This document shows, piece by piece, positions 17,408 through 25,135 of a stretch of DNA of 27,697 bases. The notes under the pieces were generated by a model. That model had not been told where the DNA came from, did not search any database, and saw nothing but the letters and a program-made list of their open reading frames with translations. Within the stretch, counting starts at the first letter, position 1. Every line of letters starts with the position of its first letter. Location of the stretch: the IMG/VR virus record IMGVR_UViG_3300005611_000162, positions 1-27,697 of that record; one strand, given 5' to 3'. Source of the DNA: a virus. Taxonomy: Duplodnaviria; Caudoviricetes. The position numbers and the translations under genes are program-made.

Positions 17408-17635
17408 TTATTCTGTAATTATCGCCCATCTTTCATTCCTTGGGTTGCCTTGTTCGTCCGCTTCATGTATCCAAATATGAGAAGCACCACGGCCATACGT
17501 AAAGCCATACGGCAATAAAAGCTTGACGCAATAAAAAACCGTATTTAGGTCATTGGTCACGTTCTTAAGGTTAACAAGAAGCGCAGCAATGTTGGCTTGC
17601 TCTTCTGTTATGCCGTGTTCGAATTTGATTTCCAT
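17408..17635 (-). CDS. Hypothetical protein (75 aa)
   Basis: Start revised to ACACACC-ATG 17635 (MEIKFEHG). Confidence 0.65.
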   Translation of the reverse strand: MEIKFEHGITEEQANIAALLVNLKNVTNDLNTVFYCVKLLLPYGFTYGRGASHIWIHEADEQGNPRNERWAIITE

Positions 17636-17646
17636 GGTGTGTGTGT

Positions 17647-17853
17647 TTATTGGTTTCTGTTGAAGTTGTGAATAGCTGCAAGCAAGCCAATGAAGCAAGA
17701 AAGGCCCACAGCAATATAAGGTAACGGGTCAACGTGTACGCCCAAGTGAATGTTAAGAGGGCAGTTAGCAGCTTCCATATAGGCCGCTGCCGATACGAAC
17801 ATGCCTGCAACGCAAATAATGGCATAAATGGTAGTAATGATTAAATTTTTCAT
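17647..17853 (-). CDS. Small two-TM membrane protein
   Basis: LIITTIYAIICVAGMFVSAAAY and YIAVGLSCFIGLLAAI; AAACACAC-ATG leader. Confidence 0.65.
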   Translation of the reverse strand: MKNLIITTIYAIICVAGMFVSAAAYMEAANCPLNIHLGVHVDPLPYIAVGLSCFIGLLAAIHNFNRNQ

Positions 17854-17863
17854 GTGTGTTTGT

Positions 17864-18112
17864 TTAAAGGTTTGAAAAAATTGGCCTTAAGACTTCCTTG
17901 TTGGCTTGTATGGCGTCAAAGGTTTTATCGCTCATAGAGTCGTGTTGGTAGCCACCTAGGGCGTTCAATATCTCAATCTTAAGAGCCCTTTCGTCCCATG
18001 CAGCAAGGTTGCAAAAATCTTCTTCCATAGCTTCCCAAAGTCCTGCGCTCAAGTCTCCTGTTGGTGAGTAGTCCCAATAGTCGGCTACTTTAATACTGTT
18101 TAATGCGTTCAT
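17864..18112 (-). CDS. Hypothetical protein, first gene of the early operon (82 aa)
   Basis: Start revised to AAACACAC-ATG 18112, just downstream of the promoter. Confidence 0.7.
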   Translation of the reverse strand: MNALNSIKVADYWDYSPTGDLSAGLWEAMEEDFCNLAAWDERALKIEILNALGGYQHDSMSDKTFDAIQANKEVLRPIFSNL

Positions 18113-18147
18113 GTGTGTTTTTTTGGTGTGTGTTTGGTTGAACATGA

Positions 18148-18198
18148 CAAACATAATAAGCTTTACCAATACAAACCAAATTTTTAACAAAGAAATTT
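18148..18198 (-). promoter_or_regulatory. Early promoter with upstream AAATTTCTTT box
   Basis: AAATTTCTTT-N9-TTG-N21-TATGTTTG. Confidence 0.6.
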
Positions 18199-18199
18199 G

Positions 18200-18950
18200 T
18201 ATCTTTTTTCTTAACTTGTTGAAAGTCAGTCAGAAAAATTTAATGTTTGGGGGTTTGGTTTGGGCTTGTTTCTTTAGGTTGTATTGGTTTGGTGGTGAAC
18301 CTGAGGGTTTGGTGTGGTGGTTTAAACGTCTTAAACGTAAACAAAAGCGTTTTGCCTTTTGTCTCTGGTCGGTGGGCGAACCTGACTAAGCTATTGACAT
18401 GCAACAAGGTGCAAAAGTAAACTATTTTGCATCCAGGCACACTATGTTGCACCAGCTAAACGAACATTAAGCTTTTGTAACGGCAGGGAGAGCGCAAAGC
18501 AATTCTTTGGCAGCCAGCCTGTTACGTATGGTGGTGGTATGCCTCAGCTTCAAGTTTCCTTTCGGGTGGTAGTGGTAAGGCACAGAGGGCAGGGGCTTGC
18601 GGTGGTGGCTGGTGGGGGGTGGGGTCAAGAGGCCCGGGGGGCTTTGGAGCGAGCGCGCAGCCGCTGAATGCAAGTATTCACCCAAACCAACCCCACGCAT
18701 TTAGCTTGAATCTAGACTACCCACCTTACATACTTACATCAAGCCAACCCAAACCAACCCCACACACTTACTTCAATCACACACGTTTCCCCAAGCCCAC
18801 ACACCTATCCCTAACGCCTTTTTAACTTTAGGCTTTAATCTCTGTGCTTTAACCCACCAACCCACCCACCAACCTAAAAACCCTTATACAATCTTATATA
18901 AGCGATTCTAAGCAACTTCTCACAAGTTTAATACATAGATACCACTTAGC
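18200..18950. other. Long non-coding region with G/T-to-C/A strand switch; candidate genome terminus/packaging site or origin
   Basis: Left half G/T-rich (GGTTTGG), central G-runs 18587-18641, right half C/A-rich (CCAAACC); ORFs there are low-complexity. Confidence 0.5.
18680..18763 (+). repeat. 17-bp direct repeat ACCCAAACCAACCCCAC x2
   Basis: Copies at 18680-18696 and 18747-18763; inverted near-copy at ~18249-18268. Confidence 0.8.
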
Positions 18951-18986
18951 AAAAGAAAACCCCTCAGAGGTTAAATTTGAGGGGTT
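18951..18986 (-). terminator. Rho-independent terminator after the methyltransferase
   Basis: AACCCCTCA...TGAGGGGTT stem followed by TTTTCTTTT on the minus strand. Confidence 0.8.
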
Positions 18987-19009
18987 ATGCGTAGAAGTGT
19001 TTAGCAAGC

Positions 19010-20176
19010 TCAGAAATCAAACGTTTGTTGCTTGGGTTTTGATGTTTCGTGGTTGATACGAGCTTGTGCGATATTGTAGAAGTCTTGCTCACGTTCTATG
19101 CCTATGAATTTGAAGTTTCCACGTACCGCTGCTTTACCTGTGCTTCCGCTTCCCATGAATGGGTCGAGTGTTGTTCCTTCGGGTTTGGTTACTAGCTTTA
19201 TTAGGTATAGCATTAGTTCGGTTGGTTTTACTGTGGGATGGTTGTTTCCTTCGCCACGGTCTTTCTTGCTTGTTTTCGGGCAGTAGAAGAAGCGGGCGGC
19301 AGATTTGTCTGTTTCAATTCTTGCTATTGCGTCTTTCCTTGGCGGCTGCTTGCCGTAGATTCCATTTGGTGAGATTATCTCCCGCTTGTGGTTTTTCAAG
19401 TCTCCTTGTTGGCCTTTTGCGTCAGGGAAAGCACTCAACACTTCATCGCTTCCATCGTGTATTAGATTTGCAGGGAAGCGGCCAAGTTGATTAGCGCTTG
19501 CGGTTGTATTCTTTGTGCTGTCAAACCCACAGTTATCAGAGTTCCACCCAGCGCTTCTTTGTTTCCTTGTTGTTTCTTTTTTGGGTTCGTTATGCTCAAT
19601 CCTACACGCATCTATATTTATCCCGCCCGTTCCCCATTTCAATACATTCTCTGCTACCGTTTTTTCAGATAATGGTTTGCGGGCGAGTGTGATTGGTTCT
19701 AGTGCTGGTTTAAGAGATGTGCCCCAGCCTTCCCAGGGTGAGGTGCCTTTGGTTAAATCATATTCGCCACCAGTAAAATCACCAGCCATGCAATTTCTTT
19801 CGCTTCCACTTCTATCTTTTCCAACAACATCCCTCTCATTCCCCTGCAACTTGTCCACAGCTTTTCCCACGTCCAACGACTTAGGGAAGCCCGACCCAAA
19901 AACCCAAGCCAGCATATCCCTGATTTCAAACCCTGCATCTTCTATTCGTACAGCCATGCGATGCTGAGTTCTTGTTCCTGCAAACGCAAGTAGATAACCG
20001 CCTGGTTTTAGAACTCGCAAGCACTCCTTCCATATCTCCACAGAAGGTACATCGTAATCCCATTTCTTACCCATGAAACTAAGGCCATAAGGCGGGTCTG
20101 TTACAATACTGTCAACGCTATTTTCGGGGAGGGTCTTTAATACTTCAAGACAGTCTCCTAAGTGTAGTTGATTCAT
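19010..20176 (-). CDS. Orphan DNA N6-adenine/N4-cytosine methyltransferase, beta class
   Basis: GDCLEVL, TDPPY (motif IV) N-terminal, HPTVKP, LDPFMGSGSTG (motif I) C-terminal; no cognate REase nearby. Confidence 0.93.
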   Translation of the reverse strand: MNQLHLGDCLEVLKTLPENSVDSIVTDPPYGLSFMGKKWDYDVPSVEIWKECLRVLKPGGYLLAFAGTRTQHRMAVRIEDAGFEIRDMLAWVFGSGFPKSLDVGKAVDKLQGNERDVVGKDRSGSERNCMAGDFTGGEYDLTKGTSPWEGWGTSLKPALEPITLARKPLSEKTVAENVLKWGTGGINIDACRIEHNEPKKETTRKQRSAGWNSDNCGFDSTKNTTASANQLGRFPANLIHDGSDEVLSAFPDAKGQQGDLKNHKREIISPNGIYGKQPPRKDAIARIETDKSAARFFYCPKTSKKDRGEGNNHPTVKPTELMLYLIKLVTKPEGTTLDPFMGSGSTGKAAVRGNFKFIGIEREQDFYNIAQARINHETSKPKQQTFDF

Positions 20177-20385
20177 CCTAAATTATATTCTTCCAAGATT
20201 CCTAGAAACTCGGATTTAATCTCTTCGTATATTTTTGCCTCTTGCTCGGATAGGTTTCCGTACTTTAGTTTTTGACGAAGGTGTTGGGAGAAGTCAAAGA
20301 GAACGCAGTGCATATTGCCAGCGTCTACCGCTTGCCTGAACTCTACTTCGTCTTCGGGTAGGTTGAACTCTAAGATTGCTTTCAT
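20173..20385 (-). CDS. Hypothetical phage protein
   Basis: MKAILEFNLPED...LRQKLKY; ATGA-coupled. Confidence 0.7.
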   Translation of the reverse strand: MKAILEFNLPEDEVEFRQAVDAGNMHCVLFDFSQHLRQKLKYGNLSEQEAKIYEEIKSEFLGILEEYNLG

Positions 20386-20702
20386 AGCCAGTCTTTTTGT
20401 TTTAGGATTTTAAGGAATTCGATTAGTGCTTTTAATTCGTTTGCATCCTCTAGTACTTCAAGGGCAACATCAGACCAATCCTCATCTTCTTTGGCTAGAG
20501 CTTTTATCATGCCTTCATTGTCCCATAATACCTCCCGGCCATCGTTTCGGTTCTTCACCTTTAGGAAACAAAAAGAATCTCCCAACGAAAATTCAAACAA
20601 AAACTTCTCCGTTTGAAACTCGCAGCCCTTGTAAAACAACAAGTCTAGCTCAGGAGCTTCCCGAACATACCACTCACCGTCAATGTTTATTCTGTCTTTC
20701 AT
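20382..20702 (-). CDS. Hypothetical protein
   Basis: MKDRINIDGEWYVRE start (ATGA overlap at 20702). Confidence 0.65.
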   Translation of the reverse strand: MKDRINIDGEWYVREAPELDLLFYKGCEFQTEKFLFEFSLGDSFCFLKVKNRNDGREVLWDNEGMIKALAKEDEDWSDVALEVLEDANELKALIEFLKILKQKDWL

Positions 20703-21061
20703 GCCCATGTGTTTTTAACGAAATTCAAAAAGTCAATAAAATACTCGAACTCGCTTTCTAGTTCGGATTTACTGAAATCAAACTTCGACTTCATGTAATG
20801 CTTGAGAAACCTTGTCACTTCCTTCTCCTTTTTGGATAAGTCTTCCAACAATTCTAATACATCCCAATCATCAACGTCAAGACCTTGCTCATGAAAGTCT
20901 GAACCATCAGTACCCCCAAAAGGATAAGACTCCACAATCAGTTCACCGCCCCAATTAAACGCAGTGTAAGAGAAGCATGATGTACTACAAGTTAAGCACT
21001 TTCCGTGAGAAACATCAGAAGCTGTAAATTTGTCTTCGGATGCTGATTTAGTTGTTTCCAT
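20699..21061 (-). CDS. Acidic hypothetical protein
   Basis: 120-aa ORF. Confidence 0.65.
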   Translation of the reverse strand: METTKSASEDKFTASDVSHGKCLTCSTSCFSYTAFNWGGELIVESYPFGGTDGSDFHEQGLDVDDWDVLELLEDLSKKEKEVTRFLKHYMKSKFDFSKSELESEFEYFIDFLNFVKNTWA

Positions 21062-21090
21062 ATTGATTTGATTTTAATTGTATTGCAATA

Positions 21091-21426
21091 TTATACATTA
21101 TTATCGAACATTGCAAGTTCTTTTAGTTTTTCTATAAGCTCCTTCTGTCGGCTCGGAGAAATGTCGGATAGCCTATGATTTCCATTTATCAGCTCATAGA
21201 TGAACTCTTGGGAATCCCAAACCTCTACTTCATCACCTACATACTTGTAAACCTTAATACCATCCCTGTCCAAGTAAATCTTGAAGCTGATAAACTCCTC
21301 GCTGTAATGATTCAGTATATCCCCAATCTCTACTACGTTGTCTTCCGAATCTACATAACACATCTCGCCATTCTCACAAGAAGTGCTGTAGTGCCGTATG
21401 AACCAGTTTAAAAACCTGCCTATCAT
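21091..21426 (-). CDS. Acidic hypothetical protein
   Basis: ATGA-coupled start at 21426. Confidence 0.65.
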   Translation of the reverse strand: MIGRFLNWFIRHYSTSCENGEMCYVDSEDNVVEIGDILNHYSEEFISFKIYLDRDGIKVYKYVGDEVEVWDSQEFIYELINGNHRLSDISPSRQKELIEKLKELAMFDNNV

Positions 21427-22106
21427 AGCCACTTATCTTTTAATACCTTATCCCAATAGCAGACTGTTTCTTTCTTGTTATCAAGGCCACTAAAACTCGA
21501 AGTCCAAACTTCAGGGTTTACTTCTTTCGCTTTGTGGATTTTCATTCTTGTACTAGACTGCTTATAGGTGTCGTTCTTATAGGTTAACCAACATACCCAA
21601 TAATGTTCGGGATAAGGAACTTTAAACGATACAGCAACCTGCCAGCCAAAAAATACAAACGACCATATAGGGCCCCACTCAAACCTGTAATCCGTATCAC
21701 TCCACTTGGTCTTATAGCCTAAGCCAACAAAATCAAATCCAATCTTCTTATCAACTACATATTCATATTTTAGCTTCTCTTTATAGACCTCCTCAAACGA
21801 TGGAACTCTTTTACCCTTGTTGGCTTCATTCAATCTTTGGATTTCTTTTAATGCTGCCTCCGCCGCTCGTTTCGGTGTTGCCTTTACCCATCTTCTTGGA
21901 AAAAAGTAAGGAACACCTACAGCTATCTTACCTACATAAAACTTAGGCACTGGGGCTTTGAATGGCGAGAAATACACTCCCATCCATTCAAACTTTGCTT
22001 TCAGCCTTCTGCGTTTCAGTTCAGCCTGGGTAACCAAATCAGATAGCACAGGTATTTTATAGTACCACGGGTTATCTAGCATCCTTTGGAAAACTTTACT
22101 TCTCAT
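21423..22106 (-). CDS. Aromatic-rich hypothetical phage protein
   Basis: 227 aa; YFFPRRW, LGYKTKW...RFEWGP motifs. Confidence 0.75.
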   Translation of the reverse strand: MRSKVFQRMLDNPWYYKIPVLSDLVTQAELKRRRLKAKFEWMGVYFSPFKAPVPKFYVGKIAVGVPYFFPRRWVKATPKRAAEAALKEIQRLNEANKGKRVPSFEEVYKEKLKYEYVVDKKIGFDFVGLGYKTKWSDTDYRFEWGPIWSFVFFGWQVAVSFKVPYPEHYWVCWLTYKNDTYKQSSTRMKIHKAKEVNPEVWTSSFSGLDNKKETVCYWDKVLKDKWL

Positions 22107-22123
22107 ATCTATTTAATTTATAG

Positions 22124-22360
22124 TCATTCATACTTCTCAGCTAATTTAGTTTCTAGCTCCGCTATCTCGGCATTTGCTTGGTCGAACCTCTCCTGAGCTT
22201 CATCGTCAGTCAAAACATTACCACCCTTGAAAAACATAAACATATCTTTCTCTAGCTGGTGGTTATGCCAAAAGTATCTCACGTAACTCTTGAGCTCGCT
22301 TAGTTCCTTTTTGAGCTCACGCCTTCTTTGGCCGTAGATTTTAAATGTTGGATTGCTCAT
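22124..22360 (-). CDS. Hypothetical protein
   Basis: 78 aa, AACC-ATG leader. Confidence 0.65.
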   Translation of the reverse strand: MSNPTFKIYGQRRRELKKELSELKSYVRYFWHNHQLEKDMFMFFKGGNVLTDDEAQERFDQANAEIAELETKLAEKYE

Positions 22361-22428
22361 GGTTCTTGATTTGCGAATTACAAATTATTGGCAGCTTGTC
22401 TCAAATATTGCCACTTTTTGCGACTAAA

Positions 22429-22743
22429 TCAATCCAATAAATCTGTGCTATGCCCCATGTGCCTCAAAATAACCTGCTTGCTTCCTTTGGGCATATCCGC
22501 TTCTAATAATGCGCTGAAAGTATTTTTAAGCACCTGCTTGGCAAATTGCTCATAGGCTTTGTGTGCCTTTTCTGCCTCTAACTTAAACTCCTGCTCTAAT
22601 GTAGAAGTATTCAGCAACACTTGACTTCTCTCTTTTTCCCAAGTTTGAATTACCGTCTCTATGTGCTTGTCAATAGCATCAAACTCTGAAGGTGATTTCC
22701 CTATCTTTTTGGCGTACCATTCGGTAATTTCTTTACGTCCCAT
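22429..22743 (-). CDS. Hypothetical protein
   Basis: 104-aa helical ORF; TAAATTTG box 4 nt before ATG (possible leaderless mRNA). Confidence 0.65.
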   Translation of the reverse strand: MGRKEITEWYAKKIGKSPSEFDAIDKHIETVIQTWEKERSQVLLNTSTLEQEFKLEAEKAHKAYEQFAKQVLKNTFSALLEADMPKGSKQVILRHMGHSTDLLD

Positions 22744-22752
22744 ACTCCAAAT

Positions 22753-23016
22753 TTACGCATTTTTTGCGACCAAATCCCTGCCCGTAATTCCCTTGTACAT
22801 CGCAAGCATTTGATGCTCGTAGCGCACCCTAAAAAAGTCCTCGTAAGGAAACAGGCAAACCTCCATAAAGCCGTTCCTGTCGCCTTCTATAAACGCCAAA
22901 TCGCAATATGGTTCATCGCTTAATCGCAGGGAGTAATAAAACTCGCCTTCGCCCATGTCGTTTTTTTCAAACCCGTATGCTTCTAACATTTCGGGGGTTA
23001 TTGGATTCTTTTTCAT
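22753..23016 (-). CDS. Hypothetical cassette protein (87 aa)
   Basis: Start revised to ATG after AAAAATTAGAAGCA; PITPEMLEAYGFEK motif. Confidence 0.7.
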   Translation of the reverse strand: MKKNPITPEMLEAYGFEKNDMGEGEFYYSLRLSDEPYCDLAFIEGDRNGFMEVCLFPYEDFFRVRYEHQMLAMYKGITGRDLVAKNA

Positions 23017-23185
23017 TGCTTCTAATTTTTGGTTTTGATTTGTGGTTGTTATCTGCACGTAAAGCCTTATCTATCTTTGCTACAATATCATTAGCAATAG
23101 CTCCATCGGTCAAGCCGCCCTCTCTGGCCATCCTTAAATAATCTAGCCAGTTGTCCCTGTTGAGTAATTGTCTTATGTTTTGCAT
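22967..23185 (-). CDS. Hypothetical cassette protein (72 aa)
   Basis: Start revised to ATG after AAAAATTAGAAGTG (MQNIRQLL...). Confidence 0.55.
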   Translation of the reverse strand: MQNIRQLLNRDNWLDYLRMAREGGLTDGAIANDIVAKIDKALRADNNHKSKPKIRSNEKESNNPRNVRSIRV

Positions 23186-23234
23186 CACTTCTAATTTTTG
23201 ACAGTTTTTCGGTTTGTAGCCTTTTAGCGGCAAG

Positions 23235-23522
23235 TTAGGCATCATTAAAAGACGATAGCGCTTCATCAATAGCTTTTTCAATGTCGTAATGATAAATTTT
23301 ATAGAACCCAATGGGAGTATCAGGGTAATACTGAACCTCAACTATTGTGTTTAATTCTTTCATTTTTTCGTAAACATCAGTTTCAATATCTTCCAAATCT
23401 TCTTCTGCCGTTGGATTTGATTTAAAGTGCTGCTCAACGGTTTCGTAATAATCTCTATGACCATTAACTGTTATATGAACACCACATTTACATTTGTTGA
23501 TTAATTCTTTTAGCTTTTCCAT
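23235..23522 (-). CDS. Hypothetical cassette protein
   Basis: 95 aa; NGHRDYYETVE...QYYPDTPIGFY. Confidence 0.75.
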   Translation of the reverse strand: MEKLKELINKCKCGVHITVNGHRDYYETVEQHFKSNPTAEEDLEDIETDVYEKMKELNTIVEVQYYPDTPIGFYKIYHYDIEKAIDEALSSFNDA

Positions 23523-23568
23523 GATTCTAATTTTTGGTTTGTAGTTCTTAGCTTGAAGTTACAGGCAA

Positions 23569-23826
23569 TTAGTTTGCTAAACCATCTTTAATCTTTTGGC
23601 ACTTTCGGCATTGATACATTTCGCCACCTAAATCAGCCAAATCACACTCATCGCAAACTGATTGTTCGATTTGCCCTACAGCAGAAGGCGTATTCAAATG
23701 CTCTCCCAACTGCCGTGCTTTTTTTAGGCATTGTATAAATGCCCATATTTCTGACTCCATCCCTCCAAATTCTTGAAGTTTTACAATCTGCTGTTCAATC
23801 CATTGTATGTAATTTGCTTTTGTCAT
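23569..23826 (-). CDS. Hypothetical cassette protein with C-terminal zinc ribbon
   Basis: CDEC...CRKC. Confidence 0.65.
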   Translation of the reverse strand: MTKANYIQWIEQQIVKLQEFGGMESEIWAFIQCLKKARQLGEHLNTPSAVGQIEQSVCDECDLADLGGEMYQCRKCQKIKDGLAN

Positions 23827-23916
23827 CGCTTCTAATTTTTGCCAGTTTTTCGCTTTACTGGCGGTTATTTGTCCAGTTTTTTACTCGGTTTACTTGACTT
23901 TTTAGTGTGCCAAAAC

Positions 23917-24147
23917 TCAAATTTTATCCCAAAATTGGCTGTCAATAAACTTGTCAATATGGTCGGTTGGCTTTACACCATCGCCAATTTTTTCAACAAT
24001 CAATTTCAAGTCCTCCAGCAGCTCCGCAACAAAGCGGTGCTTGTAAAACGACTCTGTTTCGTCTTTCCCTGTCTGCTCAAATCGCTGCTCCAATCGCTGC
24101 TGAATGTCGTGGATGCGGTCGTAAATTAGTTGTGCTTCGGTTTTCAT
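23917..24147 (-). CDS. Hypothetical protein
   Basis: 76-aa ORF, ATGA-coupled. Confidence 0.65.
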   Translation of the reverse strand: MKTEAQLIYDRIHDIQQRLEQRFEQTGKDETESFYKHRFVAELLEDLKLIVEKIGDGVKPTDHIDKFIDSQFWDKI

Positions 24148-24323
24148 TGTTCGTTTTTTTTATTTAGTTTATCAAGCTCTCGCTCCAAGTACCGCTTGTG
24201 TATTATAAGCCACCTATGGCCATCAGGAAACACACTACGCATGTTCGCATCTTCGGCTTCCTTTAGTCTTAAATTTGCCGCCTTTAAACGCTTTCTCAGG
24301 CGTATTAACTTTAACCACTTCAT
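24144..24323 (-). CDS. Basic hypothetical protein (59 aa)
   Basis: Not in track. MKWLKLIRLRKRLKAANLRLKEAEDANMRSVFPDGHRWLIIHKRYLERELDKLNKKNEQ; ATGA overlaps at both ends. Confidence 0.65.
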   Translation of the reverse strand: MKWLKLIRLRKRLKAANLRLKEAEDANMRSVFPDGHRWLIIHKRYLERELDKLNKKNEQ

Positions 24324-24952
24324 ACCTCCTCAGTAAATACATCTTCTAAAACATCTTTAGGGTACATGTTCACCCTGCCGAACCTTGGGTCGGGAATAGA
24401 CTCGATGTCGTAACCAAGAGACTTGCATATCGTTGAACACTTGCGGCCAACCTTGGCAGCCAAATGCAAGCCAACGCTTATACCGTTCAAGCTCGCATAT
24501 CCGACAACAGTAAAGTAGTTGGGGCGAGTTTGGGTTGTCGCTTTCAATTCTTTGATGTCCTCTTTTACTTCGGCAAGTTTAGCCTCTTGCTCTCGGAGTT
24601 TCTTGATGCTCAACTCTAGTATGTCCATCGTGCTCAAAGGCTGAGAACGATGCTTCTTCTCGAAGTCTATGAAATACTCACGGGCTTCCATGCCCTTTTT
24701 GTTTCGCTGTATCATGGCAATGTGCTTGGCGCAATCCAAGGAAAGAGCATAGTCAGTCCTTTTAGTTGCTCCAATTTCTCGCTTAACAAAAATGTTAAGC
24801 GACTCATAATCAACCCCTTCCTTGAAGCCATAATCAAACATCCTTGTCATCCATTGTGTGAAATGAGCCTTCACTCCCAAGAACCTATGAAGCTCCCGTG
24901 CAGAAACAGCTTGCTTGCCGTTGTTCTCTTGAATCTTAATAATCTCTTGCAT
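24320..24952 (-). CDS. AntA/AntB-family phage antirepressor
   Basis: VSARELHRFLGV...FTQW...YGFKEGVDY...DYALSLDCAKHIAMIQRNKKGMEAREYFI; start likely ATG 24952. Confidence 0.88.
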   Translation of the reverse strand: MQEIIKIQENNGKQAVSARELHRFLGVKAHFTQWMTRMFDYGFKEGVDYESLNIFVKREIGATKRTDYALSLDCAKHIAMIQRNKKGMEAREYFIDFEKKHRSQPLSTMDILELSIKKLREQEAKLAEVKEDIKELKATTQTRPNYFTVVGYASLNGISVGLHLAAKVGRKCSTICKSLGYDIESIPDPRFGRVNMYPKDVLEDVFTEEV

Positions 24953-24962
24953 GCTATTAGGT

Positions 24963-25118
24963 TTAAGTGTTTTTCTCCTCACGTATCTTATCCTCGAACA
25001 TAATATTCAAGTAGTTCGATAAACTCCTGCGGTCTTTTTCAGCTAACTGCCTTAGCTTGGATTTTACTTCGCTGGGAATCCTAACCACCAACGTGTCGTC
25101 TCGTTTGTTACTATACAT
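24963..25118 (-). CDS. Arc/CopG-like ribbon-helix-helix repressor (51 aa)
   Basis: Not in track. MYSNKRDDTLVVRIPSEVKSKLRQLAEKDRRSLSNYLNIMFEDKIREEKNT. Confidence 0.8.
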   Translation of the reverse strand: MYSNKRDDTLVVRIPSEVKSKLRQLAEKDRRSLSNYLNIMFEDKIREEKNT

Positions 25119-25135
25119 AAGTGTATCTCTTTGTG

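Larger units (their letters stand above)
23014..23916 (-). repeat. Four-copy dispersed intergenic repeat CAAAAATTAGAA(G)nnATG with upstream TACAAACC/GAAAAACTG sub-motifs
   Basis: Copies end at ATGs 23016, 23185, 23522 and 23826. Confidence 0.85.

Noticed and set aside
18240-18825. ORFs 18240-18452, 18467-18700 and 18619-18825
   Set aside because: Low-complexity Pro/Thr/His products caused by the strand-biased repeats; no leader.
23841-23862. Third AGCGAAA-containing hairpin (GCCAGT...ACTGGC)
   Set aside because: Lacks the acceptor stem, the G-C loop closure and the CTAAACACC tail; not counted as a tRNA-like copy.
23014-23916. CRISPR or TIGR-like array interpretation of the repeats
   Set aside because: Spacing is irregular (about 170-340 bp), the intervals are protein-coding, and no cas operon is present; the Cas4-like gene is a solo phage nuclease.
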